Shown: one piece after another, positions 12,701-27,100 of the stretch
Layout: each line of letters begins with the position of its first letter
Position numbering within the stretch: position 1 is the stretch's first letter
Program-made: the position numbers and the translations under genes
Assembly (NCBI GenBank): GCA_051362555.1
Contig: CM120646.1
Location: 2,046,001 to 2,110,000 of the forward strand
Direction: 5' to 3'
DNA length: 64,000 nucleotides
Source: Lingula anatina
Taxonomy: Eukaryota; Animalia; Brachiopoda
The notes under the pieces: model-generated
Databases searched by the model: none
Seen by the model: only the letters and a program-made list of their open reading frames with translations
What the model was told of the DNA's origin: nothing

Positions 12701-15700
12701 TGACAAGACACTCATGGATATTTAGCAGTTTATGTAACTTCCGGTAACTCCGGAAGTCACATGGTGAATTTTATATTCATTCACTGTGTGTGCAGAGACC
12801 AAGAGGCACGTGTGTTGTGTGCGGTTGTGTGCTCTAGGCGTTGTCCGAAGTTGTCTGTCAGGGGGCCTTATATATGCCGTCTTCTTACATATGCTTCTTT
12901 TTATATACCTTATTATGCCACCGTCAGGCCGTTAAATGACTTTATATGCCACAATTGAACTGAATAAACTTTTGGAAAACTAATCATCTTTGTCATTGTT
13001 GCCATGCTATGAAAATATAAACAGTCGGTTACACATACTTTTATTAAACTGAGGTAAACAATGCGTGTTACCTTTACAAGTCCTATCTTAATCGTCCACA
13101 TAACTGGAACTTCCTTTACCTCTTAACTGGAGGGTTAAGTGGCCTTCAACTCTCCTGCAGCCTTTGTCTTGAGAGTATCGAACGCACTCTCGCTGGCGAT
13201 ATTTATCTCAGGTAAAAACTCTACCTGTGCGTTATTTTCAAAGAGCAGCTCCTGCAGATCTGGGGGCACTAGATATAATCTTGACATCAGGTTTATAAAG
13301 GAGCTAGAGAAACAAAGGAAGAATTTTTCCTGCAAAGCTTTATAGAAATTTTAACACGGACTTGATCAAGCTTAGACCTCCAAACTAACAGGGTGACAAG
13401 GGCAATTTTCACAAACCCCGGTGTGAAAGGTGTATTAATGTGATCATATGTGTGGACAGACAGGTAAACCCCGCGACCACAGAGACATGAACACACAATG
13501 GGATGTAATGAGACTTTGCGTGTATAACAGAGAAACCATTGTAACGAACAAGTCAGATCGTGTTTTCCTTCGTCCAGAACAATGACAAGTCTCTTATTTG
13601 ATCACGGATGACAGCAAAACAACATTGCGTTATAATATTTCATTTTGATTTACTTTTTTCAGTAGTTCTTACACAACACGTACATAACTTGGTACTTATG
13701 AAACCGGGAGATACCCACTTCTTTTAAGCATAAGGCTACAATTTTTTAATATTGATTTAAATCTCCTCCTTGAAAAATTGTATTATAACAGCGTGCTATA
13801 AAGATCTACTAAACAAAAATTTGATTGGCTAATTTGAGTACGGAATGAACTGGAGGCACTTGGCTTGTCATTAATTTTTCTCGAAAATATATCCGATAAT
13901 TTGATACCGTCCTTGATAGAGTAAAGATTGAAAAATAATTTCACACAAACATTGACTGGAGAAATATCCACAAGGAGTAAAGGGCTTTGTACCAACATCT
14001 TGTTGATAATTTTACAGTGCAATTCTGTCTAAATAAGCTAATTTCACAGAAATAAAAGGAATTAATTGCCAAATTTAGAGTTTCATCACATAACCTAGCT
14101 GTAGAAACTGGAAGGTAAATAGACACAAATAAAAACTAAGAACCTCTAAACTTTGTATCTTAGATGACATCGAGGATGAATTTCATTTTATTCTTTTAAG
14201 AATTTAAAAATGTCTTTGCTACAGAACGACTAGGCAGAAATACATTAAAAAACTAATTACACAAAGCAAGGTGTTTTCAAGCTAATTAAATTGTTATCAC
14301 TTAATGTTTCACAATTAAACAACCTACGAAAGAACTTAAAATGTGCATCGGAGCTAAGATTAACGATGAGTTTTTATCATTACTACTAGTAGTTGTATTG
14401 TTGTTGTTTTATGACTTTATATTTTTAAGGCATTTCATTCTAACGAGCCGTCGGGCGAAAGGGTTTAATAAATTGAATTGAATTGAATCTCACAAATAAC
14501 ATGGACCTCATATCGAATGATCAAATGTACACTCAAGTCATTCGAATTCACTATTTTATACTAGTTGGGATAACCATAATTAATGGTAGTTAAAGAATTG
14601 AACAGACTGGAAAATGGCTTCACACGGCTTCACGAGGATTTAGACCCCTCGGGTAAGAGATTTGAATGAGTATGAACTCAGGAGTCAGAAAAGTCATCTT
14701 ACAGGTAGACAATGCAGTTCAGTTTGACAGCTTAACTCACTGCTTGGCTCTCTCCTCTGGTGGCTCGATTGTCGTCGTCGGACCACGTGACCACGTAGCT
14801 CATTAACTCCCAGGACGATGAAAAAGGACGTTTTTTAAAGCCCAAAATTTACAAAATGAGCTTTTAATTTGTGTATTTGGATAAAGTTATCGTTAGTTGG
14901 GCATGTTTTCTGAAGAATATGCTCCGTTCAGGGCATTCTGACGATCTGACGAGAAACCCCTAACCAACCCGTGAACGTTTTTGGCTGTTTTCACAGCTTT
15001 CTAGATTGACGAGATAAGTGAATCGCTTTCAAGTATATCTCACTCTCTGAGCAACTGATCGTTACGGAAATTCCACTAATTGTTGTTGGGAATGTGGACT
15101 ACAGACGGATATCAGGGATTTTAGAGGAAATTGTTTGTTTAAAAGTTATCGTCTTTTGAAGTGAAAAACCCATTGAAATATGGGGTAATTTAACGTAAAA
15201 GACGATAAAATCAAAAGTAAATAGTTTAAAAGACAACTCCTGGGTATCCGATTGTAGTGCTTTCACCCGGCTTTATGAGGCAGTTTGAATCACTTGAATA
15301 GCTGTCTTGGTTATAGAGAAAATCTCAAAACCGAAAACGCCCTCCCCCCCAAACTGGCGGTATAGCGTCATCCGTTGGACACTGCACTCAATCTCTGTCT
15401 TTAATTGGCCTTTTATAAAAAATTATGAGCACAGGGCATTGTATCTATGCCTTTGGTCGTTTTACTACTAGTGGCCTTAAATGTCAACAGTTTTCACAAA
15501 ATCATGAAATCCCCCAATTATTATGCAGTCTTTAACTTGTGGCACACGCACTATAGAATGCGATTTTAATAATAGTAACGATGATTTGAATAATAATACA
15601 ATTTAAGTTCCTTTAGAAATGGACATAGTTTGAATTGATTGAAAATGAAGCAATAATATGTGCTCCTCATTGCATGATATTTTTGCAAGGGTTTTCTAAA

Positions 15701-18700
15701 TTTGGCCTCAAATTTATATCGAAAATGAGCAAGCATTAAGTCAGTAAGTGACCCATCTCTTTTCCGCAGAAAATACAAGATTTTAGAAATGTTTTCTGGC
15801 TTCCTACATGTATATTGTTGCCATAGCAGAGAGTCAATTTATGGTATATGTTTCTAAAAACAATCCCAATTCACACTTCAAAAAGTCACTCGCCAAATAA
15901 TCAAATTAGTGGTCGTGTAATAAATAACAACCGGTTCTTCAGTACAGCTGTTATTTTATTCTCAGTCGCTATAATGATAACTCAGTGGCAAATAATGTTC
16001 GCTCTGTTGATTTAAGAGCCCAGATTGAGTCCAGAGAGATTACACAGAAACAAATGCTATTACCATCAGGACTACGCAAGGAATATAACACATGTGTTCA
16101 CTGGAATACGCAGCATTTGTTTTGGCTTCTAGCGTGTCGTTTCCAGGCGATCGTGAAGTAGGGATGGCTGACTCTCTGGAAATCCCGGATGTCCGATTGC
16201 GCACGACAAAAACATCAAAGCTGATGCCATCTACGAAAACGGGAGGCGGGTGTTTCTGAAGAAAAGCTGCAATTTCATCCTCAAAGTGCTCAAACAAACG
16301 TAAACCATCACTTAATCGGGGGACAGATTTTTTCAGTATAATTGGTAACATAACAGTTGTGTAATCTGCTTCTGCAGACGGTAGGACGCAATGTTCGCTA
16401 CCGCCAATGACGTATTCCCAATCACCTCGCTGAAGCATATTGGGAATATCTGTCTCTTTGAACAACACGGCCATCACGTTGCAAACTTTGTTTACATCAA
16501 AACAACCCTCAATTCGTTGCTTAGGAATCATTTTTATAGTCAAATAGAACTGTAGGTTGACGAATTCAGTCAGGGGCAGAAAACCCCACACGTCATCGCC
16601 ATGGCATTGCAACGATTGGCAGGATTTCTGAAATAAAAACAAATAAGGTACTTATCACTCATGGTGACTATATCCATTGCTTCTGTGAGGGTTTGGAAGT
16701 AAATACAAGTAGTAAACACTGGCGAAAACACAAGGGTTAAGCACATATATCTTACGTCTAATTTAGTTAAAACAATATATGGATTGAATATAGTATCCGA
16801 CATCTCCCAATTTTTGTGTATGAAGGACAGTAATTGTATGTTTAATATGTCATATTACCTCATCCCAGCTTCCTTGGCAACATGATTCTCTCTTGAAATC
16901 TATAATGGCGGAGAATCCGATAGGTTCAAATGACTTACTGATTTTGACATCTAAAAAAATTAAGAAAACAAACAAATTGCCCCTGTTTCACAAGCTGTGA
17001 TAATGCATAAACATGTGCCACGTAGAATAACATTACTGGAACACTGCGTTTCTTATATTGCCACGTTTCTTATGTTGGTAAGAGCCTTGTTTATTATGGG
17101 TTAAATAGGATCCCAATATAACATCCAGTTAAAAAGTCCATTTTTTGCTTGCCGTAAATTATATATTTGTCATTTCCCGTTAACCCTCATAAAATGGAAA
17201 AACATTTCTCAAAAGACCAAAAACCTTAAAACAGTTGCATGTGTAAAATATCGAAATTACCTACCTTTATCATCACACCTTTCGAATGTGATTGGAAAGT
17301 TGGACCGCGTTCGACACAACCAGCAGTATATGTTTCGTCCGAAATGCTCCCCCATGCTGTTCCGGTAATACGTCATAGACACTGGACCTGTGTGGCACAA
17401 ATCTGACAGGTCGGCGTCGGCACCAGGAGGACATTTTTCGTCGTCGAAGACAGTCATGGGGTTATGACGCCCCCCGGGGCCAAAACATGGACGCCCCGGA
17501 TAACGCTCGGGATTATCGAAGAATATCATGCAATCGGACGTCATCTGAATTTGGTTTAGAATTTCTGTAGTTGTTTTTGCATTCTGGAACGCTTCAGCTT
17601 GGTTACTGTCGCAAGCAATTTTCGGCGTCCATGCTTGATGGCTTTCGGCACGATGGCATACTGCACAGTACGCGTTCTTGAATGTCAAATTGGCCTTTGT
17701 TGACGAGACAGGGAGAAGAAGGCTCATGTCATTAGTGCTTCCTTTGAATTCACATTTATCCCGAACGGTCTTATCCGGCCATTGACTGGGACAAGTGGAT
17801 ATAACCCAATAATATTTACTGTAAACGTCCCAAACATCTCTAGTTCCCTGTAGCCAACATTCTGTATCATTTGGCTGCAGGTTAAGTCCTGTGACCTTGG
17901 TCTCATTGCAATAAAAACTGTAGGGAGAACAGCAATCGCCAAATATGTCACAAACATCGTCACAAAAACAAGTCACCTGAATGACACTGTCAGAGAACAT
18001 ATTCCCTGTTGTGGTGCAAAATGGCCTATTGACGGGGACAGGAAACAGAAAGTATTCTTTCACAGGACTTGCCATTGTTGATGAACCTTCCTCAATAAAT
18101 GGTAAATCAGTTGTTATGTTGCGCAGAGGAAAATTGTTAATAACAGTTTGGGTACTTGGGAAATGGTTACTATCATTTGTTGCTTTTGTTACTGTGGTGG
18201 GTTCTCCACTTTTGTCCTTAGTGACTGTTCCATTCTCGAACTGTCCACTGACGTTGGTAAAATTTGTAGGGAGAAATAAATATGGAAACGCGACAGCAGT
18301 CGCGTTATTTACTCCTACAGTTACATTTAAGGTCTCCCTTTCCACGTCAATTTCAGATACTTTCCCCTGCGGAGAAACCCCTAAAGATGTGTTTAAATTA
18401 ACAGCCCTCGTTTTTCTTGAAATTGCCACCGGCTTGCAAAATGCTGCATGATTCTTGAATCTTCTGGGTTGTAGGATATGCTGATCCCAATTAAGAAGCA
18501 AAAACACAAACAGTATTGATGAGGCGATCATGTTTGAATGCGTCTTCACTTTCTTGTATTCCTTGATGATTTTTGGGTGATCTTATATATTAACTCAGCA
18601 TTTTCAGCAAACCAATCAGAAAACGACAGAGACCAAAGTTACTTGAACTTAATCGCTAACAAAGGCTTTGCGATTTCAGAGAACCGTTACTAGCATAAAA

Positions 18701-21130
18701 GAATGCTTAAAACCTGCAGTATAATTGAAACCCTTTTTGTTTGTACTCGCTTACATTAAGGTCATGCAGATTACACACTGATTTGCAGCATTTACTGATG
18801 CTCCAACAGGTGCACAGCTTGCGAAATACACTGTGTATTCTGTGTACTTATATATACAAAAAAATTAACCATTTGTAAAAATATATTTATACCGCATGAA
18901 AATTTGCAAATAAGTTCGATTTCAAAAACGCATTGAAATTTGTGGTTATAAATGTTTTAGAAGTGAATATTTTCAGATAATTTTGGAATAAAATGTTATT
19001 TCTTTGACAGCTAGCGGCCAAATTGGATCTGTCAAAACTACCAAACAGTAAAGGGATTTCGATTACCACATTTCTTTTGCATGGTTGGGCTGATAAACAG
19101 TTATCAACCAAGATCAAGGCCTTTTATATGCAAGTGTGTGTATTGGAATTGGCGGCCATCTTGTATATTTATATATACCCAAGGCTGCCAAAATGAAAAC
19201 CAAGCTTAATTTGCTCTAGGGTCTCATTTGAGCCAGTCTATCTTCCGCTGGTGCCGGTGTAACGAAACTGGGGGTCTGTGTAACAGAAAGTTTGCCCTCC
19301 ATTTAGTTATAATAGTTAGGGTTAGCCTGAGCTAAGTCGGTCAGAATGATAGGGCGATGCTTACCTGTACAAATGAAGGGGAAGCGGACTCTCTGTCATG
19401 GAGGACTCTCTGTTACGTAACACCGGTTTGCAGAACGATATTTTGCTGTTGTATATGTCCATAATAACGCAGCTTTTGTTGACATATCTTTCAACAGTCA
19501 TCTCTGTACTTTCAATTTCTGAAAAACTCTCATTTGATAGCATTTAATTCCAAAGAAAACTTGTGAAAAAAAAAAAAAAAAACGTCCAAAACCCCTTTTA
19601 GTATGGGTATGCAGTACCTGTCCCGCACAGTGGCAGTGAGATATTCCTCTTCCAAAATGGCATGTTAAAGCAATGTATTCATGTATCATATCCTGGTCCC
19701 ATAGCAATATGCTTAAGAGAATCGGTTGTTACATGCATGTATAGTGCATATATCTAGAAACAACCCCTTGAAGACCAAAAAAAATTCAGTTACTTTCTAA
19801 TAAAAAATAAGAGGTCGTTTAGAGTGATAGTACAGTTAGGCTACATGGATATTGCCTTCCATGGAAAAAAAGATTTCCATAGTTTGTTGGATATCTGGAA
19901 ACTGAATACTTGAAATGACCAATTTCAACTTCTTAATGTGTTTTTGTCCTAAGCTTGAGTCATAAAGACAAACAAAATCAACATTTTGGACACGCTGAGT
20001 TACGTTCTGAATGATTCGCCGGAATTGCTATTTGAGCTCTATCACCTGATGGTTAAAAAAACTAATTAGGAGAAAAGGAATACAATACAAAACAGCAAAT
20101 ATTAATATAAATATTTGGAAATAAACATTTGGAAATAAGCTATACCCCTGTATTTGATCTGCTGGTCTGTTAGTCTGTGGATTTTGAATGCAGCCTATGT
20201 GACCCCTTACTTTGATCCAAGTCAAGGGGAGAATGTAGGTTGGAGATTTTCTCTTAAAATAAAGGTCTTAGCTTTTTATTTCTATCACATTCATTTAATG
20301 TATCTTCAAAACATCTAATTATGCTTGAAACACAGCTCCAACTTCATCGTGTGACGTAATATTGGGGTTTTGGGGAGAAAAACACCATTTTAAACGTATG
20401 ATATTTTCAGGTATGGTATTATAACACTTGAACAAAGTACTACAAAAGGGAGTCAGGGATTTTTCTTAAAGCCCCCGTCACACTTATTCGAAATCAGCAT
20501 GAATCAAGCAGAACCAGCCGGAATGACTAAATTTAAAGATTCGTACTACATTCGGAAAGAAATTTCAAATTGACCTAAATTCTTGTAAGAATGTAGTTGG
20601 AATACTCAGAATGCGCTTGAATCCGCCTCAGAAAAATCCTCAGAAAAAACATTTTTTGTTCAAAATGTAAAAAGGTTATTCCGTTAAACGTTAGATACAC
20701 ATTTAATTAATAATTAGACATAAAAAAACCCAAATGATGTTTTTTAGAGATATTTAGGTACATTCCCCCCTTAAAGCTCATTAAGATTGGAAAGCACAGT
20801 ATTGCATATGTTGATTGTGTTTGTTGCGCATTATAATAATGATTGTGACATCCCATTGTGTCCCCCAACAAACACGTTCTGCTGCCAAATCCGTCTGTAT
20901 ATGTTTAGTGTACTTACCTGTACATGTGTTGGTGTCTCTTTCCCCGGAATGCCCCTTGCATGATCTGAAACTAAATCTAAAAAATCAGCTCTGTGTGTGC
21001 GCGAGTGTGTGTGTGGTTCTGTGTGTGTGTTTGTGTGTCTGAGTGTGTGTGTGCGCTCGGGCGCGCGTGTGTGTGTGTGGAGCGTGTGTGTGAAGCGTGT
21101 GTGCACGCACGTGCGTGTGTGTATATGTGC

Positions 21131-21163
<33 letters not shown>

Positions 21164-24100
21164 ACAAGGAAATGGAGTAATATGTGTATGTTCTGGACAA
21201 ACATGGAATATAATAAAAAAATAACGTTCTGTGGTGGCTGGGGCTGGACCTTGTGCAATAATATCCATATACAGACACTTATTAACTGTTACTTTTCTCG
21301 GTGCTGCTACCTAATCGCCCGTACGTAATCGCATGTTTTATCATTTTCTTAAAATGAAGACACTGCAAGTTGTCATAAAAAGTTTCGCGGCATTTTAAAT
21401 GGACCTGTTAGTCGAACATTGATATCTCTGGTGTGATTGTGATGTCAATGAGCGTTTCGGCTCGACCGGTCGTCTCATGACGTCAGGTAGACTATTTCAG
21501 GGTCTAGTAAGGTTCTGAAGGCGTCTCTGGTGAAAAAAGGACAACTCTTCGTGTTGTCAGTTCTGCTTGAGTAATAGTAAATCATCAGTGTTGTGTTTCA
21601 TTCTTTAAAAAATAGGAATAATATCATAATGACGGCGTCTCTTAAATGTCAACAGCTTTCTCTAAATCATGAAATCACGCACTCATTAAGCAATCTTTAA
21701 CTTGGGGCAGCTGCACTATACAATGCGATTTTAATAACAAAATACGAAATCGAAGACCTGTCAGGGAATTTGAATTGTGTCTGTCTGAATGTTTGCCAAG
21801 GTGATTTTATTTTATTTATTTACATCCATAAGTGACCTCTGCTCATGAGTTTTTAATTACTAGACAGTAGTGAGAACACAGTTGAGGCCATAGCAAATGT
21901 TTGGAAACTCACTTAAAAACACAGACAAAATAGACTGAATCAAAATCAAAATCCAGTATGTGATTTATTATGGTTACTTTGGAAAACCTTAGCAACAAGT
22001 ACAGCTGTAGTTCCTTTAGAGATGGATGCAGTTTGAATTGATTGAGAAATCCAGCAATACTATGCGCTACTCATTGCTTGATTTGTTTTCCCCCTCATTA
22101 TTCTTTTCTCTTTTTGCAAAAGGTTTCTACATTTTGCCTTGGATTTGCAACGGAAATGAGCAAGCCTTGAGACTGTAAGTGATCCATCTCTTTCCACAGA
22201 AAATGCCAGGTTTAGAATTGTTGTTGCCATTGAAACAAACGATATAGAGCCAATCAATAGTATATCTTTCAAAAAACAATCCATACTAAAAACAAAGAGT
22301 AACACTTTCTCGCCCCCCCCCCCAAAAAAAAAAAATTAGTGGCCTCTGCAATTTTATTCTCAGTCATTATAATGATAACTCGATGGCAAATTACGTTCAT
22401 TCTGTTGCTATAAGAATCAGATTGAGTGCGGCAAAATTACACACACATAAATGCTAGTACCATCAGGATTACGAAGGGAATATGATACATGTATTCACTG
22501 GAATAGGCAGCATTTGTTTTGACTTCTAGCGTGTCCTTTCCAGGCGATTGTGAAGTAGGGATGGCTGACTCTCTAGAAATCCCGGATGTCCGATTGCTCA
22601 CAACAAAAACGTCAAAACCGATACCGCTTACGAAAACAGGAGGAGGGTGTTTTTGAAGAAAAGCTGCAACTTCATCCTCAAAGTGCTCAAACAAACGTAA
22701 ACCATCACTTAGTCGGGTGACAGGTTTTTTCAGTCTAATTGGTATCATAATAGCTGTGTAATTTAATCCCGCAGACGGCAGAACACAATGGAAGGAACCT
22801 CCAATGACGTATTCCCATGCCCTTTGCTGAAGCATCTTGGGGATATCTTTCTCTTTAAACAACACGTCGAACACGTAGCAAAGTTGACGTGCATCAAAAG
22901 AACCATCAATGTGTTGCTTAGGAATCAGTTTGATGGTCAAAAAGTACTGCAGATTGACGATTTCAGTCAGAGGCAGAAAACCCCACACATCGTTGCCATG
23001 GCATTGAAAAGATTGGCAGGATTTCTGAAATAAAAACAAATAAGGGGTTTGTCACTCACGGTGTCTGTTACAGTAGTTTCTGTACAGGGTTTGGTATTAC
23101 GTACAAGCAAGGAGTTATAACAGATTTGATACAAGTAGTAAACACTGGCAAATACGCAAGGGTTAAGTATATAAATGTACGTCTTTTCTGATAGTTTCAC
23201 ATAATAGGATAACAACTGTTCACTTTGGCCAAAAAAAAAAAACAATTCCTGGGGAAAACAACAATTTTCCCATATTTACCAATGGTTCATTAATCCATTA
23301 CTACATTCAAAGTTAGTGCCTGGTTTTTTTGTTTTTTTTTCTTTTTGTAATAATCTCTTAAGACAAGCACAGATTTCAGAATAACTGCTATAACTACCGT
23401 TTTTACTATAACAAGATACATTCACCATCCAGCGGATAGTTTGTTTATACCTATGTCATCAATGTCACGAGTATTGTCTCTAAAAACAATTTCCACACAC
23501 ATCAAAACCCGTATTTTTAATGTGCACCATTGATTTAATTTTGATTTTATATTATTGAATAATTTTTTTCTACAGGTGATATCAACTTCCATTTTATACC
23601 TGTATTATTGTAAATTTGAAACATAGATTATTATTATTATTTTTTTTATTATAATTATTATTATATCAACACATAAAATTCGATCGTTTGAATTTGAAAC
23701 AAACATACTGAAGGTTTATTTAAATTAGTATATGGATTCATCATGGTATCTGACATCTTCAACTTAATTGCTGGTGAACTCCAATGCACTTCAAACAACA
23801 AAATTCAAGAATCAAAAATCACCAGAAGGACAGTTTGTATCTTTCATGTTCATATTACCTCATCCCAGCTTCCTTGGCAACATGATTCTCTCTTGAAATC
23901 TATAATGGCGGAGAAACCGGTCGGTTCAAATGATTTTCTCATTTTGTCATCTTAAAAAAAAGGGAAAAAAAGAAAAATAGTTCTTGTTACAGTAGCTGTG
24001 GATATACATGTACATGTACATGTTTCACGTACAATAACATAGGTAGAAAACTGCGTTTCCTATCATACCACGTGAGACAATATCCCATACACTTAATCGG

Positions 24101-27100
24101 TTTATTATGGAAACAACTTTCGCTGAGTGCAATCAGCTTGACTGAATGACACGAGCCCTCCTGGCGTTAAGAAGAAACAGAAAAAAACATCTCTTAAAAG
24201 AGTAATAAAACTTGACTAACAGTTGTAAAGGTAAAATATCAAAATGCCCCACCTTTATCATCACACCTTCGCAATCTAATCGGAGAACTGGACCGCGCTC
24301 GACACAACCAGCAGAATATATTGCGTCCGTAACGGTCCCCGACGCTGTTACGGTAATACGTCACAGATACTGGACCTGTGTGGCACAAATCAGTCAGTTT
24401 GACGTCGGCACCACGAGGGCACTTTCCGTCGTCGAGGCCAGTCATGGGGTCATGACTCCCCCCAGGGCCAATGCATGGACGCCCCGGATAACGCTTGGGA
24501 TTATCAAAGAATATCATGCAATCGGACGTCATTTGAATTTGGTTTAGAATTTCTGTAGTTGTTTTTGCATTCTGGAACGCTTCAGCTTGGGTACTTTCGC
24601 AAGCAATTTTCGGTGTCCATGCTTGATGGCCTTCGACACGATGACATACTGCACAGTACGCGTTCTTAAATGTTAAATTGGCCTTTGTCGACGAGACAGG
24701 GAGAAGAAGGCTCATGTCATAAGTGCTCCCTCTGAATTCACATTTTTCCCGAACGGTCTTATCTGGCCATTGACTGGGACAAGTGGATATAACCCAATAG
24801 TATTTACTGTAAACGTCCCAAACATCTCTAGTTCCCTGTAACCAACATTCTGAATCATTTGGGTGCAGGGTAAGTCCTGTGACCTTGGTCTCATTGCAAT
24901 AAAAACTGTAGGGAGAACAGCAATCGCCAAACACGTCACATACATCGTCACAAAAACAAGTAACTTGAATGACACTGTTAGACAACATATTCCCTGTTCT
25001 GGTGCAAAATGGTCTATTAACGGGGACAGGAAACAGAAAGTATTCTTTCATAGGACTTGCCATTGTTGATGAATCTGCCTCAATAAATGGTAAATCAAGT
25101 GTTATGTTGCGCAGAGGAAAATTGTTAGCAACAGTTTGGTTGCTTGGGAAATGGTTGCTATCATTTGTCGCTTTTGTTCCTGTGGTGGGTTCTCCAGTTT
25201 CGTTCTTCGTATCTGTCCTATTCTCGAACTGTCCACTGACGTTGGTAACATTTTTAGGGGGAAATAAAGATGGACACGCGGTAGTAGTCGCGTTTTTTAC
25301 TCCTACATTTTCGTTTAGGGTCTCCTTTTCCACCTCGATTTCAGTTACTTTCCCCTGCGGTGAAGCCCCAAAAGATATGTTTGAATTAACAGCCCTCGTT
25401 TTTCTCGAAATTGCCAACAGCTTGCAAAATGCCGCATGATTCTTGAATCGTCTGGGTTGTAGGATATGCTGATCCCAATTAAGAAGTAAAAACACAAACA
25501 GCATTGATAAGGCGATCATGTTTGAATGCCTCGTCACTTTCTTGTATTCCTTGATGATTTTTGGATGATCTTATATGTTAACTCAGCTTTTTCAGCAAAC
25601 CAATCAGAAAACGACAGACACCAAAGTTTCCTGAATCTAGTCACTAACAAATAGACTTTGTGGCTTCAGAGAAAGGTAACTGATATGAAAGTATGCTTAA
25701 AACCTGTAGCATAATTGAAACCTTTTTTGTTTGTGCTTTGTTACATAAATTCATTACATAATTCTTATTGATCTGCTGGTGCCGGCTTGAAGAACAGCTT
25801 TTTTTATTGGAGTCATGCCGTTGTATATGCCTTAAAGGTATACTGTGATGAAAAAAAGGGTTAAAACTGTCCATTAGGTGCCCAAAAGTCATTTTTGAGT
25901 AATGAAAAAAAAAGTTCTTACGTTTATTTAGTTTTTAAAGCCGATTTTATGCAGGTGTGAATGTAGTTTACGATACTCCCGCGTGGTGGCGCTTTGAGGC
26001 GAGTGACGTCACATGCGTCGAGGCTCAGAAAGCCATATTCGATTCAGCTATCCGCTTACCGTGTACTTACATTTACTCGATCGCTTTGTCTGAACTATTT
26101 TGTTAAAATGAACAGAGAACGAATTGAAGGATAGATACACAAAAGAAGATGAATTCCCTACGTGGTTATCATTTATTAACCAACAAAATACACCAAAACT
26201 ATGTTAACAGTAAAGGTTTGGAAGCAGGGCAGCGAACATAGTTTTTCACACATGCCCATCTGTCGTGCGGCTGAACGTTCTTATCCCGACTGATAAGAGA
26301 AAGTTACCTAATACATGCAGGTGTGACAGCTAACATTATTTTTCACACCCGTGTAGTTTACCAGTGTCATTCCGGGAGAGCCAGGTCAGTGGACAAAAGG
26401 CCAAAGATATCGGACTGATAGCATCGGACACTACATTTCACACCTCTGCAACTTACCTCGCTACTTCCGCCTTACACGTGATCAGTGCAGCAGTATGTCG
26501 AGTAAAAATTTGATTCCACTATCATGTTAATATTAAAGTTTTCACTAACATAACCAAAAAATTCGACAACGTACCTCTGCTACGAACTTTTTTTGGGCTC
26601 TAGAAGCTACTCTCTTCTTCCTTTCGACGGCCGCATCATGCACACATCCTACAGGTAAGACTCTCGTCGGCAGCGCTCTGGCATTTACTGTCGCATTTTG
26701 GTACTCCGAAAAATCGAATATACTGGGTACAGCATCATCTTTTAGTTTTCTCCGTGCTTTTCCACCGCACAATTCAGCTCGCAGGTCACGTACGAAGCAT
26801 CCCGGCTCGAAGTGGTCGCTACAGATTCTCGCGTGTTTTGACACTGTGCTGGGATTTTTTAACTTCAGAGAATTGAGCCAAATTTTACGTTTTGCGGCAT
26901 CCGCAGGCAGGATATGATAGCACATGTCTTTCTTATCGTAACCTACATTACGGCACCCGGGAGCAACACAACTTTGCGGCATTTTGTTTTTCTGACACCT
27001 GGATGTTTAGTCACCTACTGCATAGTATATACTATTACTAGTACAGCTGTGGGAAGCTACTACCCAGGTTACGTCACTAGAAACTGACCAATCAGAATTT

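Noticed and set aside
17981-18451. 156-aa + strand ORF (also at 24969-25439), conserved in both copies
   Set aside because: Antisense shadow of SMB exon 1; its conservation follows from the duplication.
20831-21328. Four overlapping Cys/Val or His/Thr-rich ORFs
   Set aside because: (TG)n microsatellite artefacts.
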